Part shown: positions 52,768 through 62,285 of the stretch, piece after piece
Layout: every line of letters begins with the position of its first letter
Numbering within the stretch: position 1 is the first letter of the stretch
Assembly: GCA_020637295.1 (NCBI GenBank)
Contig: JACJWF010000004.1
Coordinates: 170,228-234,227 of the forward strand
Length of the DNA stretch: 64,000 nucleotides
Direction of reading: 5' to 3'
Source of the DNA: Acidimicrobiaceae bacterium
Lineage (GTDB): Bacteria; Actinomycetota; Acidimicrobiia; Acidimicrobiales; Ilumatobacteraceae
Made by a program: the position numbers and the translations under genes
The notes under the pieces: model-generated
Told to the model about the DNA's origin: nothing
What the model saw: only the letters and a program-made list of their open reading frames with translations
Database searches by the model: none

Positions 52768-53700
52768 CTAGGCGACCGGGCGGCGACGGCGGCTCATGCT
52801 CAGCGCCGTGAACCCGAGGCCGGCACCGAGCACCAGGAGGGCGCTGCCGACGACCACGACGGTCGCATCGCTGCCGGTGTGGGGGAGGTCACCACCGGGC
52901 GTCTCGGGAACCTGGGGCACCTGGGGCGTCTCGGGAACCTCGGGCACTTCCGGCACGTCGGGGATCTCGGGCACTTCGGGGATCTCCGGGATCTCGGGGA
53001 TCTCGGGGATCTCCGGGACTTCGGGCAGGTCCTGGATCAGGCAGTCGGGCGTGTTCCGCGTCTGGCCGAAGTAGCCGGCCCACGGGTGCTCGTAGCCCTC
53101 GATGTCCAGCCACGTGTCGTAGGCGCAGGCGGTGTCGAACGTGATCACGTAGTCCTTGTCCAGCGCGTTGGCCGCCACCACGTCGCTCAGCCAGGCGGTG
53201 GCGGTCTGGGCCGGGCCGCCCACCGGCTGGAGGGTGGCCTGGATCTGGCGCTCGCACAGGTTGGCGACGTCGCCGTGGAAGAAGATTCGCCACTGCCAGT
53301 CGTACGGCGACGTCTGGGCGGCGCGCACGTCGATCTGGTCGGGCGTGAGGTAGTCGCACTCCTCGTCGCCGTCGTCGCCAGGGGGGATGATCGGGAAGAC
53401 GGGGATGGCGCTGAGGATGCTCGGGTCGATCGTCAGCACCGGCGGGTCCAGTGGGTCCAGCGGACCCACGGGGTCGTCGCAGGCGCCGATCCACACGACA
53501 TGGCCGGTGCCGTCGCCGTCTGGCATCCAGACGGCCGTGCAGTCATCGGTGCCGGTGCCGGTGCCGGTGCCGGCGTGGGCGGTGGCGCCCATGGCGGCGA
53601 GCGAGGCGGCGGCGGCGAGCGAGGCGGCCAGTGCGGTGCGGACCACGCTGGTGCGGATCCGGCGGGCGGTGCTGATGCTGGTGGCGGTGGAGGTGCGCAT
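52768..53700 (-). CDS. Sortase-anchored (LPXTG) surface protein with an (E/D/Q)(I/V/T)P repeat stalk
   Basis: ATG at 53700 with a GGAGAAAGG SD sequence. Signal peptide ...AMGATAHA. C-terminal LPHTG plus a hydrophobic helix and an RRRRP tail. Confidence 0.8.
   Translation of the reverse strand: MRTSTATSISTARRIRTSVVRTALAASLAAAASLAAMGATAHAGTGTGTGTDDCTAVWMPDGDGTGHVVWIGACDDPVGPLDPLDPPVLTIDPSILSAIPVFPIIPPGDDGDEECDYLTPDQIDVRAAQTSPYDWQWRIFFHGDVANLCERQIQATLQPVGGPAQTATAWLSDVVAANALDKDYVITFDTACAYDTWLDIEGYEHPWAGYFGQTRNTPDCLIQDLPEVPEIPEIPEIPEIPEVPEIPDVPEVPEVPETPQVPQVPETPGGDLPHTGSDATVVVVGSALLVLGAGLGFTALSMSRRRRPVA
52897..53022 (-). repeat. 14 tandem 9-bp coding repeats (GGGxxxCTC family) encoding ETP/QVP/EVP/DVP/EIP
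   Basis: Counted codon by codon. Four consecutive EIP units are near-identical (GGGGATCTC / CGGGATCTC). Confidence 0.9.
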
Positions 53701-53815
53701 CGGGAGTTCCTTTCTCCGTCGGCGCCCGTTCGGCGCCGTCACCCGTCCAGAGCGCGCCCGCTCCTCCGGCTCGCGCTTTTCTCCCGGAAACCCTCCCGCG
53801 GCGTAGTTTCTTGTC

Positions 53816-55033
53816 ATGGAGTTCGCTTACACCGACCGCTGCAACGACTACCGGGAGCGCCTGCTGGCGTTCATGGACGAGTGCATCTACCCCAACGAGG
53901 CGGTGTACGAGGAGCAGCTGACGGCCAGCGGCGACCCGCACCACCAGCCGGCGATCATGGAGGAGCTGAAGGTGGAGGCCCGCCAGCGCGGGCTGTGGAA
54001 CCTGTTCCACCCCCACCAGGAGTGGGGCCCCGGGCTGACCAACGCGGAGTACGCCCCGCTCGCCGAGATCATGGGTCGCAGCTGGATCGCCAGTGAAGCC
54101 TGCAACTGCTCGGCGCCCGACACGGGCAACATGGAGGTGCTGACCATGTTCGGCACGCCGGAGCAGCAGGACCTGTGGCTGCGCCCCCTGCTGGCCGGGG
54201 AGATCCGCTCCTCGTTCGCCATGACGGAGCCGGACGTGGCGTCCAGCGATGCCACCAACATCTCACTGCGCATCGAGCGCGACGGTGACGACTACGTGCT
54301 GAACGGTCGCAAGTGGTGGATCACCGGCGCCAACCACCCGCACAACCGGATCTTCATCGTGATGGGGCAGACGGACCCGGAGGCCGCCCCCCACCGCCGC
54401 CAGAGCCAGATCCTCGTGCCGCGGGACACCCCTGGCCTCACCATCGTCCGCGACCTGCCGGTGTTCGGGTACTGGCACCAGGACGGCCACTGCGAGCTGC
54501 GCTTCGAGGACTGCCGCGTGCCGGCCTCCAACCTGCTGGCCAACGAGGGCGACGGGTTCGCCATCAGCCAGGCCCGCCTCGGCCCCGGCCGGATCCACCA
54601 CTGCATGCGCTCCATCGGCGCGGCGGAGCGGGCGCTGGACCTGATGTGCCAGCGGGCGCTGCAGCGCACGACGTTCGGCAAGCGGCTGGCGGAGCGGGCC
54701 AACGTGATGGACTGGATCGCCGAGAGCCGCATCGAGCTGGAGATGGTCCGCCTGCTGACGCTGAAGACGGCGTGGATGATGGACACCGTGGGCAACAAGG
54801 CGGCGGCCGTGGAGATCAGCGCGATCAAGGTGGCCGGCCCCAACGTGGCGGCGAAGATCATCGACCGGGCCATCCAGGTGCACGGTGCCGGCGGCATCAG
54901 CGACGACTACCCGCTGGCGGCGAGCTGGGCGTGGCAGCGGGCGCTGCGGTTCGCCGACGGCCCCGACGAGGTGCACAAGATGACCATCGCCCGCCGCGAG
55001 CTGCGCAAGCACGACCCGTCGTTCCGCAGCTGA
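53816..55033 (+). CDS. Acyl-CoA dehydrogenase (FadE2/ACAD10-11-like)
   Basis: [28 protein letters not shown]...[15 protein letters not shown]...[16 protein letters not shown], 405 aa. Confidence 0.85.
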   Translation: MEFAYTDRCNDYRERLLAFMDECIYPNEAVYEEQLTASGDPHHQPAIMEELKVEARQRGLWNLFHPHQEWGPGLTNAEYAPLAEIMGRSWIASEACNCSAPDTGNMEVLTMFGTPEQQDLWLRPLLAGEIRSSFAMTEPDVASSDATNISLRIERDGDDYVLNGRKWWITGANHPHNRIFIVMGQTDPEAAPHRRQSQILVPRDTPGLTIVRDLPVFGYWHQDGHCELRFEDCRVPASNLLANEGDGFAISQARLGPGRIHHCMRSIGAAERALDLMCQRALQRTTFGKRLAERANVMDWIAESRIELEMVRLLTLKTAWMMDTVGNKAAAVEISAIKVAGPNVAAKIIDRAIQVHGAGGISDDYPLAASWAWQRALRFADGPDEVHKMTIARRELRKHDPSFRS

Positions 55034-55036
55034 CGG

Positions 55037-55363
55037 TCAGCCGGCGAGGCCGCCCTGCACCCGTACGGCGCGGTCCACCCCGGTGAGGGCCAGCCGGTGG
55101 CGCAGGCGCTCGCCCGCGCACACCACCACCAGCTCCCCGCCCTGCTCGCGCGCCCGCCCGGCAGCACCCAGCAGCATGCCGAGGCCGGCGTCGTCCAGCG
55201 CGGTGACCCCGTCCAGGTCCACGTACAGCTCGGTGCCCGGGTGCTGGCCGATGGCCCGCGTGAGGTGGTCGCGCAGCAGCGGCACGGTGGACAGGTCGAT
55301 CTCGCCGCTGACCTGCAGCACCGGGATGGTGCCGAGCAGTGAGAGGCGGCAGATCAGGTCCAT
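55037..55363 (-). CDS. STAS-domain anti-sigma-factor antagonist
   Basis: VLQVSGEIDLSTVPLLRDHL...LYVDLDGVTALDDAGLGMLLGA, 108 aa. Confidence 0.8.
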   Translation of the reverse strand: MDLICRLSLLGTIPVLQVSGEIDLSTVPLLRDHLTRAIGQHPGTELYVDLDGVTALDDAGLGMLLGAAGRAREQGGELVVVCAGERLRHRLALTGVDRAVRVQGGLAG

Positions 55364-55396
55364 GGCCGGCTCACCCTACCGGGCGGCACCCGATGG

Positions 55397-55765
55397 CTAT
55401 GGAGGCTCCAGCAGCATCGTGGCCGAGGCGGTGAGCGTGACGTCCGGCAGCAGCCAGCCGACGAGTGGGGCATCGGTGCGGTCGACGAAGCTGACGGTGA
55501 CCGTCACCCGCCCACCGGCCACCACGGTGGCGACGTCGAGCGGCGCGACGCCCACGGCGGCTGCGGCCGCCTGCCCGGCGGCGCCCGCCGGGGCGGCCGC
55601 CACCGCAGCCGCCCGAGCGCCGCGCCGTGCCGCTTCCTGCACCGCCAACTGGTGGCGGGCGACCAGGCCGACCTGCAGCACTCCGGCGGCCAGCAGGCAC
55701 ACGAGGGGCAGCCCGAGGGCGAGCTCCACCGTGGCCTGCCCGCCGTCGCGGCGGCAGCGGTTCAC
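55397..55765 (-). CDS. TadE-like pilus assembly/pseudopilin protein
   Basis: GTG start in a GTGA overlap with the flp stop. N-terminus GGQATVELALGLPLVCLL is typical of TadE. 122 aa. Confidence 0.7.
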   Translation of the reverse strand: MNRCRRDGGQATVELALGLPLVCLLAAGVLQVGLVARHQLAVQEAARRGARAAAVAAAPAGAAGQAAAAAVGVAPLDVATVVAGGRVTVTVSFVDRTDAPLVGWLLPDVTLTASATMLLEPP

Positions 55766-55968
55766 AGCTTGTCGATCACGGCATCGATGACCTTGTCGAA
55801 CAGGCGGCCGACTTTGCCGGCGCCGCCACCGCCGGTGGCCCAGGCGATGACCAGCAGGGCCACCAGCGCGGCGCCCAGCAGGACCAGTGCGTACTCGGTG
55901 GTGGCCTGGCCCTCGTCGTCCTCCAGCCGCAGCAGGAAGAGATGGAGCCGGACGAGGAATGCGTGCAT
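55762..55968 (-). CDS. flp: Flp-family type IVb pilin
   Basis: 68 aa. The prepilin processing motif G/QATTEYALVLL is followed by a hydrophobic helix. GGAGG SD sequence 5 nt upstream. Confidence 0.8.
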   Translation of the reverse strand: MHAFLVRLHLFLLRLEDDEGQATTEYALVLLGAALVALLVIAWATGGGGAGKVGRLFDKVIDAVIDKL

Positions 55969-56107
55969 GACGCCTCCTTCGGAACGTGGGTGGGTTCGCG
56001 TGGCCCGTCGTGGGGCGAGGAGGCTGCAGCGCAGCGATCAAGGCGGAACATATCGGCGCCGTCGGTCGGCGGCAACCAGCCACCGGGCGGACGGATAGGG
56101 TCGGATC

Positions 56108-56776
56108 GTGAGCGTCGAGGTGACCCGCCCGCTGCCCGCCGTTGCCGTCGTCACGCTGGCCCGGCCGGAGAAGCGCAACGCCCTCTCCATCGCCGTGCGC
56201 GACGCCGTTAGCGACGCACTGGACGCGGCCGCCGCCGACGAGGACGTCAAGGTCGTCGTCATCACCGGTCAGGGCACCCACTTCAGCGCCGGGTTCGACC
56301 TGAAGGAGTTCGCCGACCCCGACGCCGAGCACCAACGACGGCTGTGGGCCTCCAGCGACCGCTTCCACCACACGGTGCTGAGCAGCCCGCTGCCCACCAT
56401 TGCCGCGGTCAACGGCCCCGCCCTTGCCGGCGGCTGCGACCTGGCCTGCATGGCCGACATCCGCATCGCCGTGCCGACCGCGCGGTTCGGCCACCCCGAG
56501 CACGCCTGGTCGCCCGTGGTCTACCGGCCGCTGCGCGACCTGATCGGCGGGGCGGCGGCGCGGGAGTTCCTGCTCACCGGGCGGGACATGGACATGGAGG
56601 AAGCCGTCCGCATCGGCCTGGTGGCCGCACTCGTCGAGCCGGAGGGGTTGATGCCGAGGGCGTTGGCAATGGCGGAGATGATCGCCCGGGCGCCGCGCAC
56701 TGCGCTGGTGTCGCTGCGGGCGCGCATCCAGCGGGCGGCGGGCATCGACGCCGGCACGGCGACGCTGGAACTGTGA
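56108..56776 (+). CDS. Enoyl-CoA hydratase/isomerase (crotonase family)
   Basis: VVTLARPEKRNAL...VVVITGQGTHFSAGFDLKEF...AAVNGPALAGGCDLA. GTG start. 222 aa. Confidence 0.85.
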   Translation: MSVEVTRPLPAVAVVTLARPEKRNALSIAVRDAVSDALDAAAADEDVKVVVITGQGTHFSAGFDLKEFADPDAEHQRRLWASSDRFHHTVLSSPLPTIAAVNGPALAGGCDLACMADIRIAVPTARFGHPEHAWSPVVYRPLRDLIGGAAAREFLLTGRDMDMEEAVRIGLVAALVEPEGLMPRALAMAEMIARAPRTALVSLRARIQRAAGIDAGTATLEL

Positions 56777-56781
56777 GCCGC

Positions 56782-57384
56782 TCACCAGGCCAGTGAGGAG
56801 ATGGCGGCCAGCAGCAGGGGCGCCACGGCCAGCAGCACGAACGACGGGAGGGTGCAGAGCACCAGCGGGGCTGCCATGCGAATTGGCAGTTGGCGGGCCA
56901 CCGCCTCGGTGCGTCGGCGGCGCTGGTGGCGAGCCTCGGCGGCCAGCCGCTCCACGATCGGCGCCAGGGGCAGCCCGTAGCGGTCGGCTGCGGCGAACGA
57001 GTCCACCAGTGGTGACGCCGCCGGGCCGACCGAGTGGCGCAGCGCGGCGAGCGCGTCGGCGAACCGCTGCCCGCTGTCCACCTGGGCCAGCACGTCGGCA
57101 AAGGCTTCGGCAACCGCCGGCGGCAGGTGGGGTGCGGCAGCACGGATGGCAGCGGCCGGTAGGTGGCCGGCGCGGACGGCCAGCACGATGAGCTCCAGCG
57201 CGTCGGGGTACGCGGCGGCGACGGCACGGCGATGGGCCCGGCGGCGCCGGCCGAGCGGATCCGGAGGCAGGCGAGCACGTCGCGGTGGGGCGGCGCCCGT
57301 GCGGGGGTGGGCTGACGGCACCAACCGGGCGGCGGCGACCACCACCAGCCCGGCGGCGAGCGCGGCCGCGCCGGCGGGGCTCAT
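56782..57384 (-). CDS. tadC: Tad pilus inner-membrane platform protein (TadC-like, T2SS-F fold)
   Basis: ATGA overlap with tadB. About 200 aa with N- and C-terminal TMs. RQLPIRMAAPLVLCTLPSFVLLAVAP. Confidence 0.65.
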   Translation of the reverse strand: MSPAGAAALAAGLVVVAAARLVPSAHPRTGAAPPRRARLPPDPLGRRRRAHRRAVAAAYPDALELIVLAVRAGHLPAAAIRAAAPHLPPAVAEAFADVLAQVDSGQRFADALAALRHSVGPAASPLVDSFAAADRYGLPLAPIVERLAAEARHQRRRRTEAVARQLPIRMAAPLVLCTLPSFVLLAVAPLLLAAISSLAW

Positions 57385-58025
57385 GCTGCGGACCCGGCGG
57401 CCCGGACGAGGCGGCGCATCCAGGCCCACCCGGCCAGGTTCAACCCCCCGCCGGCGACGGCGCACACCGCACCGGCTGGGCTGAGGAGTGCGGCGCGGAA
57501 CGACGCGCTGGTGAGCGCGCTCCAGCCGGCAAAGGCGAGGGGCACGGCCGTGAGCACTCGAGCGCTGAGGCGGGCCTGGGCCGCATGTGCCTGTGCCTCC
57601 GCCCGGGCGGCGAGGCGTTCGCGCAGCAGCGCCGCCCCGGCATCCAGCGTGGCGGCTACCGGCCCGCCGAGCTCCGCGGCGGCGCGCACGGCCTGATGGA
57701 CCACCGCCTCGTCGGCCGGGCTACCGGCCTCGTGCGCGGCACCGTCCGCAGGGAACGTCTGGGGTCGCAACGCGACGGCGGGAGCCTCCGGCCAGGCCGC
57801 GGTGGATGCCCATGCCGCACGCAGGGAAGCGCCCGCACGAACGTCGGCGGCCAGCGCGTCGAGCAGCGCCACCCAGGCCTCCGTGGACGGTGTGGCGCGG
57901 TGCCGCCGGCCGATGCGCCGTTCCCGGCCGGGCGCCACACCTCGGCGCGGCGGGCGTGGCGCGCCCGCCACTGCCGCCACCGCGACCAGCAGCGCGGCGG
58001 CGATGGCGGCGATGGCGGCGTTCAT
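57381..58025 (-). CDS. tadB: Tad pilus inner-membrane platform protein (TadB-like)
   Basis: ATGA overlap with tadA. 214 aa with hydrophobic termini. ARLSARVLTAVPLAFAGW. Confidence 0.65.
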   Translation of the reverse strand: MNAAIAAIAAALLVAVAAVAGAPRPPRRGVAPGRERRIGRRHRATPSTEAWVALLDALAADVRAGASLRAAWASTAAWPEAPAVALRPQTFPADGAAHEAGSPADEAVVHQAVRAAAELGGPVAATLDAGAALLRERLAARAEAQAHAAQARLSARVLTAVPLAFAGWSALTSASFRAALLSPAGAVCAVAGGGLNLAGWAWMRRLVRAAGSAA

Positions 58026-59005
58026 CGACGCCCCCGGCTGGGCAGCGCCACCACCTGGCCGCGTTCCACCAACGGGCGCGCCCGCAGCCGGCCATCGGTG
58101 GCCTCCACTTCGGCGATCTCTGCCACCGTCCGACGCCCGTCCGGCAGGCGGGCCACGTGCACCACCACGTCGATGCCTCGAGCCACCTCGTCGTGCACCG
58201 CGGTGAGTGGCCAGTTCGGCGTGGACTGGAGCACCAGCGACGCCAACCGCCCCAGCGCGTCCGCAGCACCGTTGGCGTGCACGGTGGCCAGCGAGCCGTC
58301 GTGGCCGGTGTTCAGCGCGTGCAGCAGGTGCACGGCTTCGGGGCCGCGGATCTCACCGACCACCAGCCGGTCGGGTCGCATCCGCAGGGCAGCGCGCAGC
58401 AGGTCGGCCAGCGTGACCTCGCCCACCCCGTCGGGCGTCGCCGTGCGGGTCTCCAGCCGCACGACGTGGGGATGGGCCAGCCGCAGTTCGGCGGTGTCCT
58501 CCAGCACGACGATCCGCTCCCCTGGGGCCGCGCCACCCGCCAGCGTGCCGAGCAGGGTGGTCTTCCCGGCGGACGTCGCCCCGCTGATCAGCAGGTTCGC
58601 CCGGCCGGCCACCAGCCGGCGCAGCAGGGCCGCGCCCTCGGGCGTGGTGAAGCGCTCCAGCGCCAGCGGAGCCACGGCGAAGCGCCGGATGGCGAGGCAC
58701 GGCCCGTCCACCGCCACCGGAGGGATGACGGCGCAGAGGCGGCTGCCGTCGGCGAGGCGGGCGTCCACCACGGGTTGGGAGCGGTCGAGCCGCCGGCCGG
58801 TGGGCGTCAGCAGGTGTTCGATGGCGGCTTCCAGGGTGGCCGGGCGCATCCGCCCCACGCGCTCCAGCGCGCCGGCGCGGTCCACCCACACCTCGCACCC
58901 GGCGTTGACGAGCAGTTCGCCGACGTCGGGGTCGTCCAGCCATCGTTCCAGCCCACCGAGCGGCGATGCCTCGGCCACCAGGTCCACTTCCAGCCGGCGG
59001 CTCAT
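58022..59005 (-). CDS. tadA: Tad/CpaF-type secretion ATPase
   Basis: Walker A GATSAGKTT, VLEDTAEL, VGEIRGPEA, NTGHDGSLATVHA. Start at MSRRLEV (59005) in an ATGA overlap with the upstream gene. Confidence 0.9.
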   Translation of the reverse strand: MSRRLEVDLVAEASPLGGLERWLDDPDVGELLVNAGCEVWVDRAGALERVGRMRPATLEAAIEHLLTPTGRRLDRSQPVVDARLADGSRLCAVIPPVAVDGPCLAIRRFAVAPLALERFTTPEGAALLRRLVAGRANLLISGATSAGKTTLLGTLAGGAAPGERIVVLEDTAELRLAHPHVVRLETRTATPDGVGEVTLADLLRAALRMRPDRLVVGEIRGPEAVHLLHALNTGHDGSLATVHANGAADALGRLASLVLQSTPNWPLTAVHDEVARGIDVVVHVARLPDGRRTVAEIAEVEATDGRLRARPLVERGQVVALPSRGRR

Positions 59006-59652
59006 GCCGCGGCCCGCAGGGTGCGGCTGAGGCTGGAGGGCAGCCGGGCAGCGAGCATGCCCGAGTCCACCGAGCGGGCGATGGCAGGGTCCCACGGCAC
59101 CTCAGCGACGATCGGTACGCCCAGCGCGTGCTCCACGTCCGAGCGGCGCAAGGCACGCCCGGGCTCGTGGACGAGGACCGCGCCAGTGGGCCCGATCTGC
59201 TGGGCCGCCGCCCGCCGCAGCGACAGGTAGCAGGCCCGGGTGACCAGCAGGGTCTGGGCAGCGGCGGCTCGCAGGGCCGGTGGCGGGGCCCCGGTGCCGG
59301 CGTCCACCACCACCTCTGCGCCAGTGGCGTGGAGGCCTGCGGCGAGGGCGGCCCAGCGAGCGGCCGGCACGTCGCGCGCCGCGGCGATGGCGGCCGGGGA
59401 GCCGCGGTGGATGAGCCGCAGGCCGTCGCTGACGCCGTCCGCCAGGCGGAGCAGCGCATGGCCGTCCGCGACGGGCGACGCGAGCCAGTCGAACACGCCG
59501 GGGCCGGACGGCTCGGAGAGGCCCAATGCGGCCGGCAGGTCGCCGGCGAGGTCGACCAGCAGGCACGGGCCGTGCTGGGCGTGGAGGAGCGCGAGCGTCG
59601 CGGCGACCACGGTGGTGCCGCTGCCGCCCTTGGCGGAACAGAGGATGAGCAT
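59002..59652 (-). CDS. ParA/MinD-like ATPase (TadZ/CpaE-like, ATPase domain only)
   Basis: Deviant Walker A CSAKGGSGTT. About 216 aa with no receiver-like N-domain. An alternative start lies at 59670. Confidence 0.7.
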   Translation of the reverse strand: MLILCSAKGGSGTTVVAATLALLHAQHGPCLLVDLAGDLPAALGLSEPSGPGVFDWLASPVADGHALLRLADGVSDGLRLIHRGSPAAIAAARDVPAARWAALAAGLHATGAEVVVDAGTGAPPPALRAAAAQTLLVTRACYLSLRRAAAQQIGPTGAVLVHEPGRALRRSDVEHALGVPIVAEVPWDPAIARSVDSGMLAARLPSSLSRTLRAAA

Positions 59653-59706
59653 GACCGACCCCCAGGACATGGGACGGGATTCAACTGGGGGAAGTCGAAG
59701 CGGAAC

Positions 59707-61263
59707 CTATCGACGGTGGCGGCGGCTGCCAACCTCGCGCCAGTAACGCGGCGCCTCGGCGGCGAGGTCCAGCGGGGCGACGCAGGCCTCGGCCGCGGCA
59801 GGGATCTGGGCGGCGGCCCAGCCGGCGGCGAACCAGGCCTGCGGGAAGCCCTCCTGGGCGAGTGCGGTGCAGGTGTCGCGGGCGACGATCAGGTCGTTGA
59901 GCGCGCCGAGCGCGTCCTGCGCCGGGGCCAGCGCCTTGATGTAGCGGTTCGCCTGCTTGGCAGGGAACAGGCCGGCAGTCAGTTCCGCCAGGTAGCGCAG
60001 GCGCTTCAGCCGCTTGCGCACCATGTGCTGCTGCTCCTCTTCCATCGTGGGGAAGTGGGCGTGGCCACGCAGGGCCTGGCGGCGGAGGCGGCGCATCTCC
60101 CCGGCCACGGCCTCACGCAGTGGCGGCTCACCCTCGGCGGGGGGCAGCGCAGGGCCGTGGGCGTACGCCAGCAGATCCAGCAGCAGCAGGGTGAGCGACG
60201 GGTCGCGGGCCACGTCGCCGGCGTCGTCGCGCGCCAGCGGCGGAAGGGTGAAGGTCGGCCCGCCGATGGCCTCGAGGTCGTGGATGAGGCCACCGATGAC
60301 GTCCCGGTCCCGGGTGGCGCCGAGCCGCCCGAACACCTCCCCCAGGCGAGCCGCCCACGCAGGGTCCACGGCCGGGCTGAGGTGGCCGAACTCGCCGAGC
60401 ACCGTGCGCAGCTTGCGGATCCCGACGCGGGCGATGTGCACGTGCTCCGGCCCGCCGAGGTCGTTGGCCAGGGCGCTGGTGTTGCGCAGCACCTGCACCA
60501 GGCAGGCCTGCACCATCTCGCGAAGCGCCGCGTCCACGCTCATGTCCGGGCGGAGTGCAGGGCGGGCGCCGCGGGCAACCCTGGCCGTGACGGCGCCGTC
60601 GGCCAGCAGGGCGCCGCGCATCGCCTTGTTCACGGTGTCCAGCCACAGGCCATGGCGTTCCGCCCAGTGGCGGGCGGTAGCGATGACGGTGAGGGGGGTG
60701 CCGCTGACCAGTTCCACTTCCAGTTCGCACACGTCGGTGGCGGCGCCCTCCGGCGTGGTGATGGTGCCACGGTCCATCGCGAACGTGACGGTGCCGCCCG
60801 TGCGGACCCGTTGGGTCCGCTCCAGGCGGTGCACGTTGGTGCGGAAGCGGACGGACGGCGCTGCCGCACCGGCAGCCGCCAGGTCGGCCAGCACGTCCGC
60901 CAGACGGTCGCCGGCCGGCGTGCCGGCGAACACGCCGGGGTCGCCGTCGGGCCACGCCGCCCTCCGGCCGGCCGGGCCGGGCACGGGCTGGTTGTGCTCG
61001 TCGCGCTGGAAGCCGTGACCTTTGGGGGCGGCCCACTTCAGCGTCTGCACCCAGCGCTGGCCCTCGCGGCGCACCCGCCACGCCAGACCTGCGGCACCGA
61101 GGCGGCCGTCCGCCGTGTCGAAGTACGCGGCGCGCAGGTGGACGGTGTGGGAACGGGTGCGGTCGTGGAGCGCGCGTTCGACCTCGGCCACCCGATCGGC
61201 GGGGATGTGGAGCTTCAACTCCACCTCGCTGGCCGCCGGCGCAGTCCGTTCCCGCGCGCCCAT
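59707..61263 (-). CDS. CYTH plus CHAD domain protein (triphosphate-tunnel metalloenzyme with a polyphosphate-associated domain)
   Basis: The ExExK signature EVELKL lies near the N-terminus. The helical C-terminal half has CHAD-like HIARVGIRKLR / MVRKRLKRLRYLAE. The track start at 61311 is an alternative. Confidence 0.75.
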   Translation of the reverse strand: MGARERTAPAASEVELKLHIPADRVAEVERALHDRTRSHTVHLRAAYFDTADGRLGAAGLAWRVRREGQRWVQTLKWAAPKGHGFQRDEHNQPVPGPAGRRAAWPDGDPGVFAGTPAGDRLADVLADLAAAGAAAPSVRFRTNVHRLERTQRVRTGGTVTFAMDRGTITTPEGAATDVCELEVELVSGTPLTVIATARHWAERHGLWLDTVNKAMRGALLADGAVTARVARGARPALRPDMSVDAALREMVQACLVQVLRNTSALANDLGGPEHVHIARVGIRKLRTVLGEFGHLSPAVDPAWAARLGEVFGRLGATRDRDVIGGLIHDLEAIGGPTFTLPPLARDDAGDVARDPSLTLLLLDLLAYAHGPALPPAEGEPPLREAVAGEMRRLRRQALRGHAHFPTMEEEQQHMVRKRLKRLRYLAELTAGLFPAKQANRYIKALAPAQDALGALNDLIVARDTCTALAQEGFPQAWFAAGWAAAQIPAAAEACVAPLDLAAEAPRYWREVGSRRHRR

Positions 61264-61326
61264 AGCGCTTGGACTGTACCCAGGGCCATCCGAGGTCCGG
61301 CCGGTGTTCACCGAGTGTTCACCCCG

Positions 61327-62166
61327 TCAGGGCAGCTCCGTCGGCATCGCTCCGCCCATCACGAACGCCGCGAGGTTGCGGGTGAACATCTCCGCCGCCC
61401 GGTCCGCGCCGAGCTGGGTTCCCGCCGCGGCGTGGGGGGTGATGATCACGTTCGGCAGGTCCCACAGCGGGCTGTCCGCCGGCAGCGGCTCGGTGACGAA
61501 GACATCCAGTGCGGCGCCGCCGAGGTGCCCGCGAGCGAGCGCGTCGGCGAGCGCCGCCTCGTCGACCAGTTCTCCTCGGCCGACGTTCACCAGGTGGGCG
61601 CCGGGGCGCAGCATCGCCAGTTCGGCAGCCCCGACCATCCCACGGGTGTCGTCCGTGAGGGGCGCCGTCAGCACCAGGTCGTCCACCGTCGCCAGCAGCT
61701 CGGCCAACCGGGTGACGGGCCAGGTCTCGCACGGCTCGTCGCCGCGGGGCTGGCGGCGCATGCCGATGACCCGCATGCCGAAGTGCGGCGCCAGCCGGGC
61801 GACCTCGGCGCCGATGTGCCCGAGCCCGACGATGCCCATCGTGCGGCCCTCGAGGTCCTCGTTGCGGATGTCCGTCCTGGCCCACTCGTGGCGATGCTGG
61901 AAGTCGGCGAACCGCCGAGCGTTCCGGCACAGCGCGATGACGTGCATCATCACGCTGTGCGCGATCGGCCGGGCGGTGGCACCGGGGGAGTTGGTGAGAC
62001 GGATGCCGCGGTTGCGCAGTTCGGCGAACACCGGGCTGTCCATGCCGGCGGCGAACATGTGCAGCCAGCGCACGTTCGGCAGGCGCATCAGGGTGCCGAA
62101 GAAGGCGTGCCCGCGGCCGGACAGCCACAAGTCGTGAGAGTAGGTGGCGAGGTCCACCGCCGCCAT
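61327..62166 (-). CDS. D-isomer-specific 2-hydroxyacid dehydrogenase (NAD-binding). The coding signal extends about 41 codons upstream of the only canonical start.
   Basis: GIVGLGHIGAEVA (GxGxxG), VNVGRGELVDE, ITPHAAA. The in-frame stretch 62167-62289 has near-uniform G/C at third positions but no ATG, GTG or TTG. Confidence 0.8.
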   Translation of the reverse strand: MAAVDLATYSHDLWLSGRGHAFFGTLMRLPNVRWLHMFAAGMDSPVFAELRNRGIRLTNSPGATARPIAHSVMMHVIALCRNARRFADFQHRHEWARTDIRNEDLEGRTMGIVGLGHIGAEVARLAPHFGMRVIGMRRQPRGDEPCETWPVTRLAELLATVDDLVLTAPLTDDTRGMVGAAELAMLRPGAHLVNVGRGELVDEAALADALARGHLGGAALDVFVTEPLPADSPLWDLPNVIITPHAAAGTQLGADRAAEMFTRNLAAFVMGGAMPTELP

Positions 62167-62285
62167 CTCCTCTGCCGTGAGGTGGCGGTGGTCCGGCAGG
62201 GTGAGGAAGGTCAGGCCCGGGGCGACCGCCCGCCAGCTGTCCCCGTACCGCTCGGCGGCCGCCCGCGAGCAGAACAGCGTGAGGC

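Noticed and set aside
52897-53022. A short tandem repeat array considered as a CRISPR-like or non-coding VNTR
   Set aside because: The units are 9 bp with no spacers. They are in frame inside a well-supported LPXTG protein, where they encode xxP tripeptides.
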